DNA of 32,000 nucleotides from Delftia acidovorans NBRC 14950 (GCF_001598795.1 NZ_BCZP01000001.1:210001-242000), one strand, 5' to 3'. Positions 1-7,468 are shown, counted from the first letter of the stretch. Notes: generated by a model not told the origin, from the letters alone. Numbers and translations are program-made.

Positions 1-2
1 AG

Positions 3-1472
3 GTGGCGCATGACGCCATCGAGCTGGTCAAGCATTGCCGCGGCATCCGCATCGCCAACGTGGTGGGCGGCATGCCCTACCAACTGCAGATCGCCAAGCT
101 GCAGAACGCCAACCTCGTGGTGGCCACTCCCGGCCGTCTGCTGGACCTGCAGCGCTCGATGCAGATCAAGCTCGACCAGGTTCAGTTCCTGGTGGTGGAC
201 GAAGCCGACCGCATGCTGGACCTGGGCTTCTCGGACGATCTGGCCGAAGTCAACGACCTGACGGCACAGCGCAAGCAGACCATGATGTTCAGCGCCACCT
301 TCGCGCCCCGCATCCAGCAACTGGCCATGCGCGTGATGCATGACGGCGGCTCCGGCGTGAAGAAGGTCACCATCGACACGCCTCAGGAAAAGCACGCCAG
401 CATCAAGCAAGTGCTGTTCTGGGCCGACAACTCCCAGCACAAGCGCAAGCTGCTGGACCACTGGCTGCGCGACACCACGATCAACCAGGCCATCGTTTTC
501 GCATCGACCCAGGTCGAGTGCGACGGCCTGGCCAATGACCTGCAGCAAGACGGCTTCTCCGCCGTGGCACTGCACGGCGCTCTGAGCCAGGGCCTGCGCA
601 ACCGCCGCCTGATGGCGCTGCGCAGCGGTCAGGTGCAGGTACTGGTGGCTACCGATGTGGCGGCACGCGGCATTGACGTGCCCTCCATCACCCACGTCTT
701 CAACTACGGCCTGCCCATGAAGGCAGAGGACTACACCCACCGTATCGGCCGCACGGGCCGTGCCGGTCGCGACGGTGTGGCCGTCACGTTCGCGGAATTC
801 CGTGACCGTCGTCGCATTTTCGATATCGAGGCCTACAGCCGCCAGCAATTCAAGGCCGAAGTGATTCCTGGCCTGGAACCTGCACAGCGCGCACCCAGCA
901 GCAACGAAGGCCGTGGTGGCCGTCGTGGCGGCGGTGGTTTTGAAAGCCGTGGCGGCGATCGCCGTGGTGCCGGCGGCGGTGGCCGTGGCGGTTTCGGTGG
1001 TGATCGTGGCTTTGGCGGCGATCGCGAGCGCAGCTTCGGTGATCGCGGTGGCGATCGTGGCTTCGGCGCACGCCGTGATTCCGAAGGCTATGGCCGCAAG
1101 GCTGGCTTCGGTGGCTTTGGCGGTGGCCAGCGCGAAGGCGGCTTCGGCCAGGGCCAAGGTCAGCGCGAAGGCGGCTACAGCCAGGCTCCGCGTGAAGGCG
1201 GCTACAGCCAGGCCCCGCGCGAAGGCGGCTTTGGCCGTGGCGGTGAAGGCCGTGGCTTCAGCGGCGACCGTGGTGCTCCGCGTGGCGGCGATCGCCGTGA
1301 CGGCGCTCCCCGCGAAGGCGGCTTCCGTGGTGCATCCGGCGAGTCGCGCGGCTTTGGCGGTGGCGAATCCCGTGGCGGCTTCGGCGGCGGCGAGCGCCGT
1401 CCTGCCTTCGGCAAGAGCGCTCCCAAGCCTTACTCGCCCCAGGGCGGTGATCGCAAGCGCGTCGTGCGCTGA
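3..1472 (+). CDS. rhlE: ATP-dependent DEAD-box RNA helicase (RhlE-like), 5' end cut by the window edge, with a Gly/Arg-rich C-terminal tail of about 190 aa
   Basis: Helicase motifs are present in the translation: VVDEADRMLDLGF (DEAD box), MFSATF (SAT), HRIGRTGRAG (motif VI). The ORF is open to the window start. The tail contains RGG, FGGDRG and REGGYSQAP repeats. A strong terminator follows. Confidence 0.85.
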   Translation: MAHDAIELVKHCRGIRIANVVGGMPYQLQIAKLQNANLVVATPGRLLDLQRSMQIKLDQVQFLVVDEADRMLDLGFSDDLAEVNDLTAQRKQTMMFSATFAPRIQQLAMRVMHDGGSGVKKVTIDTPQEKHASIKQVLFWADNSQHKRKLLDHWLRDTTINQAIVFASTQVECDGLANDLQQDGFSAVALHGALSQGLRNRRLMALRSGQVQVLVATDVAARGIDVPSITHVFNYGLPMKAEDYTHRIGRTGRAGRDGVAVTFAEFRDRRRIFDIEAYSRQQFKAEVIPGLEPAQRAPSSNEGRGGRRGGGGFESRGGDRRGAGGGGRGGFGGDRGFGGDRERSFGDRGGDRGFGARRDSEGYGRKAGFGGFGGGQREGGFGQGQGQREGGYSQAPREGGYSQAPREGGFGRGGEGRGFSGDRGAPRGGDRRDGAPREGGFRGASGESRGFGGGESRGGFGGGERRPAFGKSAPKPYSPQGGDRKRVVR

Positions 1473-1494
1473 TCGATCTCGGCATTGCATGCAG

Positions 1495-1521
1495 ACCGGC
1501 CCTTCGGGGCCGGTTTTTTTT
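1495..1521 (+). terminator. Rho-independent terminator of the helicase gene
   Basis: The stem is ACCGGCCC-TTCG-GGGCCGGT (8 bp, GC-rich). A run of 8 T follows immediately, 23 nt after the stop codon. Confidence 0.85.
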
Positions 1522-1590
1522 CGGCCATCTGCGTCCTCGCGTGGTGCGGCCTGTCCTTGATGGTGCAGAACCTGCTGTCTGGCGGGCTCT

Positions 1591-3093
1591 GTGACTGCCA
1601 TAATCGCGGCGCGGAGGTGCCCTGTGGAGTCTTTGATCGCGTCCAGTGTGGATTTTGAACACATGTTCGAACTGGCCCCCGTCTCGCTATGGCTGGAGGA
1701 CTACAGCGCGCTCAAGCGGCTGCTCGACCAGTGGCGTGCACAGGGCGTGACCGATCTGCAGGCGCATTTCCTGGCCCACCCTCAGGCGCTGCAGCAGTGC
1801 AGCGCGGCGCTCAAGGTGGTGCGCGTCAACCAGCGCACGCTGGATCTGTTCGGCGCCAGTGATCAGCAGACCTTTCTTGCCAGCCTGGGCCAGGTGTTCC
1901 GCGATGACATGCACGCGGGTCTGGTCTGCGAGCTGGAGGATCTGTGGCAAGGCTCTCTGAGCTTTGCCAACCGCACCGCCAACTACACGCTGGACGGGCG
2001 ACGGCTCGATGTGCAGATCCGTGGCCGCATCCTGCCCGGTCATGAAGCGCTTTGGGACTGCGTGCTGGTGTCGCTGGAAGACGTGACGGCCGAGATGCGC
2101 AGCGCGCGCCAGCTGCACCGCAGCGAACAGTACTCGCGCGACCTGTTCGAGTACTCGCCCGTGTCGCTGTGGGTCGAGGATTTCAGCGCCATCAAGCGCC
2201 TGCTCGACGATGTGCGCGCCCAGGGCATCAGCGACTTCGCCACCTTCCTCAAGGTGCACCCGGAATTCGTCTCGCGCTGCATGCAGGAGATTCGCGTCGT
2301 GGACGTGAACCGCCAGACGCTGCGCATGTTCGGCGCCACCGACAAGCTGCAACTGCTGAGCCGGCTGGGCCGCATCTTCCGTGACGAGATGATCGACTCC
2401 TTTGCCGATCAGTTGCAGGACCTTTGGAGCGGCAAGCTCGTGCAGCACCGCGAAGTGGTGAACTACGCCCTGTCAGGCGACGCTCTGCACATCCACATGC
2501 AGCTGGCCGTGCTCGATGGCCATGCCGATGACTGGGGGCTGGTGCTGCTGTCGCTGGTGGACATCACGGCGCGCAAGAAGGCTGAGGCCTACCTCGAATA
2601 CCTGGGCAAGCACGATGTGCTGACCCAGTTGCGCAATCGCGCCTTCTATATCGAGGAACTCAATCGCCTGGCACGCAAGGGGCCCTGGCCGCTGGCGGTG
2701 ATTGCCATCGACATGAATGGCCTCAAGGAGGCCAATGACGAGCATGGCCATGCCGCAGGCGACGACATGCTGCGCCGCGTGGGCGAAGTGCTGACCAAGG
2801 CCGTGGATGCGCCTGCCTGCGCGGCGCGCATAGGCGGCGACGAATTCATGGTGCTTTTGCCGGCTTCGGACGAGCGCGGCGCCGAGGCGGTCAAGGAGCG
2901 CATCCTCTCGCTGCTGGAGCTCAACAACCAGTTCTATCCGGGCCAGGCGGTCAGCCTGTCCATGGGCGTGGCCTGCTGCGATTCGGGCAGCCAGGTCGAG
3001 GCCACCGTCTCGCGCGCCGACCAGGCCATGTATGCCGAAAAGGCGCGCTACTACAAGGAAAGAATGCTGGACCGCCGCGCGGGCCGCGCTTAG
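1591..3093 (+). CDS. Diguanylate cyclase with two tandem PAS-like sensory modules and a C-terminal GGDEF domain
   Basis: GGDEF active-site region RIGGDEFMVLL, preceded by NGLKEANDEHGHAAGD. Two homologous N-terminal modules begin FELAPVSLWLEDYSALKRLLD and FEYSPVSLWVEDFSAIKRLLD. The start is ambiguous: GTG at 1591 or in-frame ATG at 1663. Confidence 0.85.
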   Translation: MTAIIAARRCPVESLIASSVDFEHMFELAPVSLWLEDYSALKRLLDQWRAQGVTDLQAHFLAHPQALQQCSAALKVVRVNQRTLDLFGASDQQTFLASLGQVFRDDMHAGLVCELEDLWQGSLSFANRTANYTLDGRRLDVQIRGRILPGHEALWDCVLVSLEDVTAEMRSARQLHRSEQYSRDLFEYSPVSLWVEDFSAIKRLLDDVRAQGISDFATFLKVHPEFVSRCMQEIRVVDVNRQTLRMFGATDKLQLLSRLGRIFRDEMIDSFADQLQDLWSGKLVQHREVVNYALSGDALHIHMQLAVLDGHADDWGLVLLSLVDITARKKAEAYLEYLGKHDVLTQLRNRAFYIEELNRLARKGPWPLAVIAIDMNGLKEANDEHGHAAGDDMLRRVGEVLTKAVDAPACAARIGGDEFMVLLPASDERGAEAVKERILSLLELNNQFYPGQAVSLSMGVACCDSGSQVEATVSRADQAMYAEKARYYKERMLDRRAGRA

Positions 3094-3115
3094 CGGTCTT
3101 GCACCGCAGTGCCTG

Positions 3116-4348
3116 TCAGGCCTCCGAGGCGTGCCGCCCGATTTCGGGCCAGCGGTGGTGCAGGTAGATCCAGGACGCCAGCCCGATCAGCATCATGCTG
3201 ATCGAGCCAAGGGCCAGCAGTACGGTCGAATGCATCACCAGCGGTGCAATCATGCCGGCCACGATGCCATTGGCCGTGGAGCCGACCACGGCCTGCAGCG
3301 ATGAAGCCAGGCCGCGCCGCTCCGGGTGGATGTCCAGCACCAGCAGCGTGACCACGGGCACCATCATGGCCCAGCCGAAGGCGAACACCCCCACGGGAAT
3401 CAGCGCCCAGCTCACGTGGGCGGGCCAGATCAGGTTGGCGACCAGGTTGATGATGGACACGACGAACATGATCAGAAAGCCATGTCGGATCTGGTGCTTG
3501 GGCGGAATGCGCCCGGCCAGATGGCCGCTCACCCATGCGCCGCCCATGATTCCCGAGATCGAGATCACGAAGAACCAGAAGAACTGCTGCGGCTGCAGGT
3601 GCAGCAGGTCGCCCAGGAAGGCGGGCGCCGACAGCACATACAGAAACATGCCGTTGAACGGCACACCGCTGGCAAAGGCCAGCAGCACAAAGCGCGGATC
3701 GCTGCACAGCTCCTTGTAGCCGTGCATCAGAGGCTTGAAGCGGAAGGGCTGGCGCTGCGCCTGTGGCAGGGATTCCGGCAGGAATCGCCAGTTGATGCCC
3801 CACAGCAGCACGCCCACCAGGGTCAGGAACCAGAACACTGCCGCCCAGCCCAGATGTATGAACAGCCAGCCGCCCATCACAGGGGCCAGGGCTGGCGCGA
3901 TGCCAAAGAAGATGGTGATCTGCGCCATCACGCGCTGAGCCTGGGCGGGTGGAAACAGGTCGCGCACCACGGCGCGCGACACCACGATGCCGGCACCCGT
4001 GGACAGGCCCTGCAACGCGCGAAACAGCACCAGCTGCGTGATGTTCTGCGACAGCGCACAGCCCGCCGATGCCAGCGTGAATACGGCCAGCCCCCACAGC
4101 ACCACGGGGCGGCGGCCAAAGCTGTCGGCCATGGCGCCGTGGAAAAGGTTCATGAAGGCAAAGCCGAACAGATAGGCCGACAGCGTCTGCTGCATCTGCA
4201 GCGGCGTGGCGTTCAGGGCCTGGGCGATGCCGGAGAAGGCGGGGATGTAGGTATCGATCGAGAACGGCCCCAGCATACCCAGGATGGCAAGCAGGACGGC
4301 CAGGGCCCAGCGCGGGCCCTGCCAGAGCGGGGAAACATTTTGTGGCAT
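3116..4348 (-). CDS. MFS transporter, Bcr/CflA drug-resistance subfamily
   Basis: 410-aa polytopic membrane protein. N-terminus LGMLGPFSIDTYIPAFSGIAQAL and motif GAMADSFGRRP are typical of Bcr/CflA MFS pumps. I placed the start at the ATG at 4348 (MPQNVSPLW); the longer ORF to 4693 runs through non-coding-looking AT-rich DNA. Confidence 0.8.
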   Translation of the reverse strand: MPQNVSPLWQGPRWALAVLLAILGMLGPFSIDTYIPAFSGIAQALNATPLQMQQTLSAYLFGFAFMNLFHGAMADSFGRRPVVLWGLAVFTLASAGCALSQNITQLVLFRALQGLSTGAGIVVSRAVVRDLFPPAQAQRVMAQITIFFGIAPALAPVMGGWLFIHLGWAAVFWFLTLVGVLLWGINWRFLPESLPQAQRQPFRFKPLMHGYKELCSDPRFVLLAFASGVPFNGMFLYVLSAPAFLGDLLHLQPQQFFWFFVISISGIMGGAWVSGHLAGRIPPKHQIRHGFLIMFVVSIINLVANLIWPAHVSWALIPVGVFAFGWAMMVPVVTLLVLDIHPERRGLASSLQAVVGSTANGIVAGMIAPLVMHSTVLLALGSISMMLIGLASWIYLHHRWPEIGRHASEA

Positions 4349-4497
4349 GCAGGCGAGGCGGTTGTACGTTGCGGGAGACCGCAGGCGCAGAAAAAGGCCG
4401 CGCGCCCTTGCGCCTGCGGCAGGGTGACACTGTAGCGGCTTGGCTGGAATCCGGTGTGACGGATGGCTTGGCGAATGACCTGGGCGACGGATGGATT

Positions 4498-4540
4498 GAT
4501 AGTTTGTATCTAAATGATGTAAATATCGATAGAATTTATC
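4498..4540. promoter_or_regulatory. Two GATA-N5-TATC palindromes 30 bp apart in an AT-rich divergent promoter region (candidate operators; also candidate -35/-10 elements)
   Basis: GATAGTTTGTATC lies at 4498-4510 and GATAGAATTTATC at 4528-4540. Candidate promoter elements are TTGATA (4496-4501), an 18-nt spacer and TAAATA (4520-4525), or a TAGAAT -10 at 4530-4535. The site lies between the divergent MFS and TRAP-SBP genes. Confidence 0.3.
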
Positions 4541-4613
4541 TTTTTCGCCAGCATGCACAGGTCCGCCGTGGGGTGGATGGCATGGTTCTGGGTGCTTTCG
4601 CCAAGGATCTTTC

Positions 4614-5612
4614 ATGATTGTTTCTCGCCGCACGTTGATATCGGGTCTGGCTCCGGCTGCGTTGCAACTGACTGTCGGCGCTGCCTGGTCCAAGGGTCGC
4701 CGACTGCAGCTCTCGGCGGCCTATGGCGATGGCATCTTCCACACGCAGAACCTGCGCAACTTCGCGGCGCGCGTGGGTGCCGATACCCAGCAGGCGCTGG
4801 AGATCGATGTGGTTTCCAACTCGGCGCTCAAGCCCATGGCGCAGGTGCTTCCTGCGCTCAAGCGCAATGACCTCCAGTTCGGCGAAGTGCTCATGTCGTC
4901 CTGTGCGGATATCCACCCGCTGCTGGCCATGGACTCGCTGCCTTTCATGGTGCGTGGCTTTGACGAGGCCGCGCGCCTGTGGCAGTTGACCCGCCCTGTG
5001 CTGCAGGAGTTCTTGCTGGCCCAGCAGGGGGCGCGCCTGCTGTTTGCCGTGCCCTGGCCGGCGCAGGGTCTCCTGAGCCGGCGCCCGGTCCACAGCATCG
5101 CGGATCTCAAGGGCCTCAGGCTGCGTGTGCAAAGCGATGCGACCAAGCGGTTGGCCGAGCTCTGGGGGGCGCAGCCGGTGGTGATTGCCGTGGGCGATCT
5201 GGGTGCCGTTGTGGAGCAAGGTGGCATCGATGCCATGATTACCTCCAGCGCCACGGGCGCCGACATCCAGGCCTGGAAGGCCATGAAGGTGTTTCTGGAT
5301 ATCAAGGCCTGGATTCCCAAGAACATGCTTTGCGTCAGCGAACTTGCCTGGAGGGGCTTCACCGAGCCTGAGCGCCAGGCCATCGGCCGCGCTGCCGAGT
5401 CGGCTGAAAAAGAGGGCTGGGCGCTGGCCCAGCAGGCCGATGAGCTGGGCAAGAAGATCCTTGCCGACAACAAGGTATCCGTGGCCGCGCCTTCGGCGGA
5501 TCTGCGCCACATGCTGGATTTGATGGGGGAGCGCTTTGGCCGGGAGTGGGTGGCCAAGGCTGGCAGCAGCAATATGTCTGTGCTGATGGAATACAACAAG
5601 AAAAGGCACTGA
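4614..5612 (+). CDS. TRAP-type periplasmic solute-binding protein (DctP family), orphan with no adjacent DctQ/DctM genes
   Basis: 332 aa. N-terminal signal with SRRTLISGLAPAAL. The central DLKGLRLRV and later GGIDAM regions resemble the DctP-family fold. This is family-level recognition from memory, not a search. Confidence 0.65.
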   Translation: MIVSRRTLISGLAPAALQLTVGAAWSKGRRLQLSAAYGDGIFHTQNLRNFAARVGADTQQALEIDVVSNSALKPMAQVLPALKRNDLQFGEVLMSSCADIHPLLAMDSLPFMVRGFDEAARLWQLTRPVLQEFLLAQQGARLLFAVPWPAQGLLSRRPVHSIADLKGLRLRVQSDATKRLAELWGAQPVVIAVGDLGAVVEQGGIDAMITSSATGADIQAWKAMKVFLDIKAWIPKNMLCVSELAWRGFTEPERQAIGRAAESAEKEGWALAQQADELGKKILADNKVSVAAPSADLRHMLDLMGERFGREWVAKAGSSNMSVLMEYNKKRH

Positions 5613-5637
5613 GCGCTGTCGCGCCGAGTGCCTTGTT
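5605..5637. terminator. Bidirectional hairpin terminator shared by the TRAP-SBP gene (+) and the tRNA-Lys cluster (-)
   Basis: GGCACTGAGCGC-TGTC-GCGCCGAGTGCC (5605-5632) forms 10 of 12 pairs. TTGTTCT follows on the + strand and TTTTCTTGTT follows on the - strand. The hairpin overlaps the SBP stop codon. Confidence 0.55.
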
Positions 5638-5648
5638 CTGGGTGTTGG

Positions 5649-5724
5649 TGGTGGGCCCTGAGTGATTCGAACACTCGACCAACGGATTAAGAGTCCGCTG
5701 CTCTACCAGCTGAGCTAAGAGCCC
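5649..5724 (-). tRNA. tRNA-Lys (anticodon CUU), copy 1 of 3, CCA encoded
   Basis: The reverse complement folds as a cloverleaf: GGGCTCT-TA-GCTC-AGCTGGTA-GAGC-A-GCGGA-CTCTTAA-TCCGT-TGGTC-GAGTG-TTCGAAT-CACTC-AGGGCCC-A-CCA. Length is 76 nt and the anticodon loop gives CTT. Confidence 0.92.
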
Positions 5725-5769
5725 ACGTATTTCTGCGTGGATGCCTGATGAGATCAGGCAAAAAATTCT

Positions 5770-5845
5770 TGGTGGGCCCTGAGTGATTCGAACACTCGAC
5801 CAACGGATTAAGAGTCCGCTGCTCTACCAGCTGAGCTAAGAGCCC
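5770..5845 (-). tRNA. tRNA-Lys (anticodon CUU), copy 2 of 3
   Basis: The 76-nt sequence is identical to copy 1. Confidence 0.92.
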
Positions 5846-5900
5846 CCTCGGGTATTCCGAAGGAATCAGCCTGGATGAATCCAGGCTGAAAAGGAATTTT

Positions 5901-5976
5901 TGGTGGGCCCTGAGTGATTCGAACACTCGACCAACGGATTAAGAGTCCGCTGCTCTACCAGCTGAGCTAAGAGCCC
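5901..5976 (-). tRNA. tRNA-Lys (anticodon CUU), copy 3 of 3 (promoter-proximal)
   Basis: The 76-nt sequence is identical to copy 1. Confidence 0.92.
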
Positions 5977-6009
5977 CAAAAACAAGTCTGCGCTGCAAAC
6001 GAGACCGCA

Positions 6010-6038
6010 ATTATGCGGCATTTTTTGTGCGCTTGCAG
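6010..6038 (-). promoter_or_regulatory. Candidate sigma70 promoter of the tRNA-Lys cluster
   Basis: On the minus strand: CTGCAA (-35, 6038-6033), a 17-nt A-rich spacer, then CATAAT (-10, 6015-6010). It lies about 30 nt upstream of the first tRNA 5' end. Confidence 0.45.
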
Positions 6039-6113
6039 GAAGACGCGCCAAATTTTTAGTTCATGGCATGGTGGCGCTGAGCCGGGCCCGCGTGCCACCC
6101 GGTGCGCAGCCGC

Positions 6114-6138
6114 AAAAAAGGCGGCCGAGGCCGCCTTT
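6114..6138 (-). terminator. Rho-independent terminator of guaC
   Basis: On the minus strand GGCGGCC-tc-GGCCGCC is followed by TTTTTT, about 25 nt after the guaC stop. Confidence 0.75.
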
Positions 6139-6160
6139 GGGGTGCTGGCGCGCAGCGCGC

Positions 6161-7138
6161 TTACATCAGCAGATGTTCGCCTGCGTTGTCACCGCCCAGG
6201 ATCACGTAGTTGACCTTGCGGATGTCCATCAGCTTCTTGCCGCCGGAGTAGCTGATCGAGCTTTGCACGTCCTGCTCCATCTCGATCAGGGTGTTGGCCA
6301 GAAGACCCTTGACGGGCTCGAGGATGCGCTTGCCCTCCACGTGCTTGTACTCGCCCTTGTTGAAGTCCGAGGCCGAGCCGTAGTACTCCTTGAAGCGTTG
6401 GCCGTTTTCCTCGACGGTCTGGCCCGGCGATTCCTCGTGGCCCGCGAACAGCGAGCCGATCATCACCATGGTGGCGCCAAAGCGCACGCTCTTGGCGATG
6501 TCGCCGTGGCTGCGGATGCCGCCATCGGCAATGATGGGCTTGGTCGCCACGCGCGCGCACCACTTGAGCGCCGACAGCTGCCAGCCGCCCGTGCCAAAGC
6601 CCGTCTTGAGCTTGGTGATGCAGACCTTGCCGGGGCCGATGCCGACCTTGGTGGCGTCAGCGCCCCAGTTCTCCAGGTCGATCACGGCTTCGGGCGTGCC
6701 CACGTTGCCGGCGATCACGAAGGACTTGGGCAGCTTTTCCTTGAGGTAGCCGATCATGTTCTTCACGCTGTCGGCATGGCCGTGGGCGATGTCGATGGTG
6801 ATGTATTCGGGGCACAGGCCTTCGGCGACGAAGCGGTCCACGGTGTCGTAGTCGGGCTTCTTGACGCCCAGCGAAATGGAGGCGAAGCAGCCCTTGCCCT
6901 GCATCTCGCGCACGAACTGCACGTTGTCCAGGTCAAAGCGGTGCATCACATAGAAGTAGCCGTTCTGGGCCAGCCAGGTGCAGATGCTCTCATCCACCAC
7001 CGTCTTCATGTTGGCCGGCACAGCCGGGATGCGGAAGGACCGACCGCCCAGCTCCACGCTGGCATCACACTCCGAGCGGCTTTCCACGCGGCACTTGCGC
7101 GGCAGCAGCAGGATGTTGTCGTAGTCGAAGATTTCCAT
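6161..7138 (-). CDS. guaC: GMP reductase
   Basis: 325 aa starting [27 protein letters not shown]-barrel with no CBS insert. Catalytic-loop region [22 protein letters not shown]. The start is the ATG at 7138; the upstream ORF extension is Pro/Arg-rich junk. Confidence 0.9.
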   Translation of the reverse strand: MEIFDYDNILLLPRKCRVESRSECDASVELGGRSFRIPAVPANMKTVVDESICTWLAQNGYFYVMHRFDLDNVQFVREMQGKGCFASISLGVKKPDYDTVDRFVAEGLCPEYITIDIAHGHADSVKNMIGYLKEKLPKSFVIAGNVGTPEAVIDLENWGADATKVGIGPGKVCITKLKTGFGTGGWQLSALKWCARVATKPIIADGGIRSHGDIAKSVRFGATMVMIGSLFAGHEESPGQTVEENGQRFKEYYGSASDFNKGEYKHVEGKRILEPVKGLLANTLIEMEQDVQSSISYSGGKKLMDIRKVNYVILGGDNAGEHLLM

Positions 7139-7264
7139 TTGATTCCAAGCTCCATGAAAGGTCGCGGCAGGAACATCCCTCCGCGATGGGGCGCTTGGCT
7201 TGGAGGCCGGTCTTGCGGGCGGCGCGGGCGGGCCGCGTCGCCAGGGCGGCTGTGGCCCGGGCAC

Positions 7265-7297
7265 AAAAAACCGGACCGCAAGAAACTTGGGCCCGGT
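7265..7297 (-). terminator. Orphan strong intrinsic terminator inside the guaC 5' leader (candidate attenuator or sRNA 3' end)
   Basis: Minus strand: ACCGGGCC-CAAG-TTT-CTTG-(C)-GGTCCGGT, 12 bp with one bulge, followed by a T6 run. No gene lies upstream on that strand. It sits about 130 nt upstream of the guaC ATG. Confidence 0.6.
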
Positions 7298-7350
7298 GAT
7301 TGATTCTATACGTTGCCGGCGACGGGCCTGGGCACACTGTCGATATAGCG

Positions 7351-7379
7351 GTTATAGGGATGGCGTTATGAGCCTGCAA
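7351..7379 (-). promoter_or_regulatory. Candidate sigma70 promoter reading toward the leader terminator and guaC
   Basis: Minus strand: TTGCAG (7379-7374), 17-nt spacer, TATAAC (7356-7351). A second -10-like TATAGAAT lies at 7310-7303. Confidence 0.35.
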
Positions 7380-7468
7380 GGACGCGCTGCGCGGGCCGAT
7401 TGCCGGCCGATTGCGGGAAATGCGGCATCGGTTTCCCCGGGGAGCGAGGTGCTTTCTACAATGCCAGG

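Noticed and set aside
913-1560. 215-aa Ala/Val-rich ORF, and other alternative frames over the helicase tail
   Set aside because: These are alternative-frame readings of the GGC/CGT-rich repeat DNA. The helicase frame is continuous with the conserved core and ends at a strong terminator.
6005-6027. Plus-strand hairpin CCGCA-ATTA-TGCGG followed by a T-run, resembling a terminator
   Set aside because: The stem is only 5 bp and there is no + strand gene upstream to terminate. The A/T run is better explained as the spacer of the minus-strand tRNA promoter.
5649-6060. tRNA-Lys cluster as a possible genomic-island integration site, or the repeats as a CRISPR-like array
   Set aside because: I saw no integrase, no duplicated tRNA 3' fragment (att site), and no foreign gene block flanking it. 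The repeats are complete 76-nt tRNAs, not CRISPR repeats.
7275-7312. Resemblance of the guaC leader (UAUAGAAU...AAGUUUCU) to the purine riboswitch J2-3 core
   Set aside because: Only the short AAGUUUCU stretch matches. I cannot draw the P2 and P3 hairpins or loop-loop elements of the guanine aptamer from this sequence, so I do not claim a known riboswitch class. The terminator itself is reported separately.
7336-7352. Possible LexA/SOS box upstream of uvrD (CTGTCGATATAGCGGT)
   Set aside because: Only the CTGT half-site matches the CTGT-N8-ACAG consensus. The second half is CGGT.
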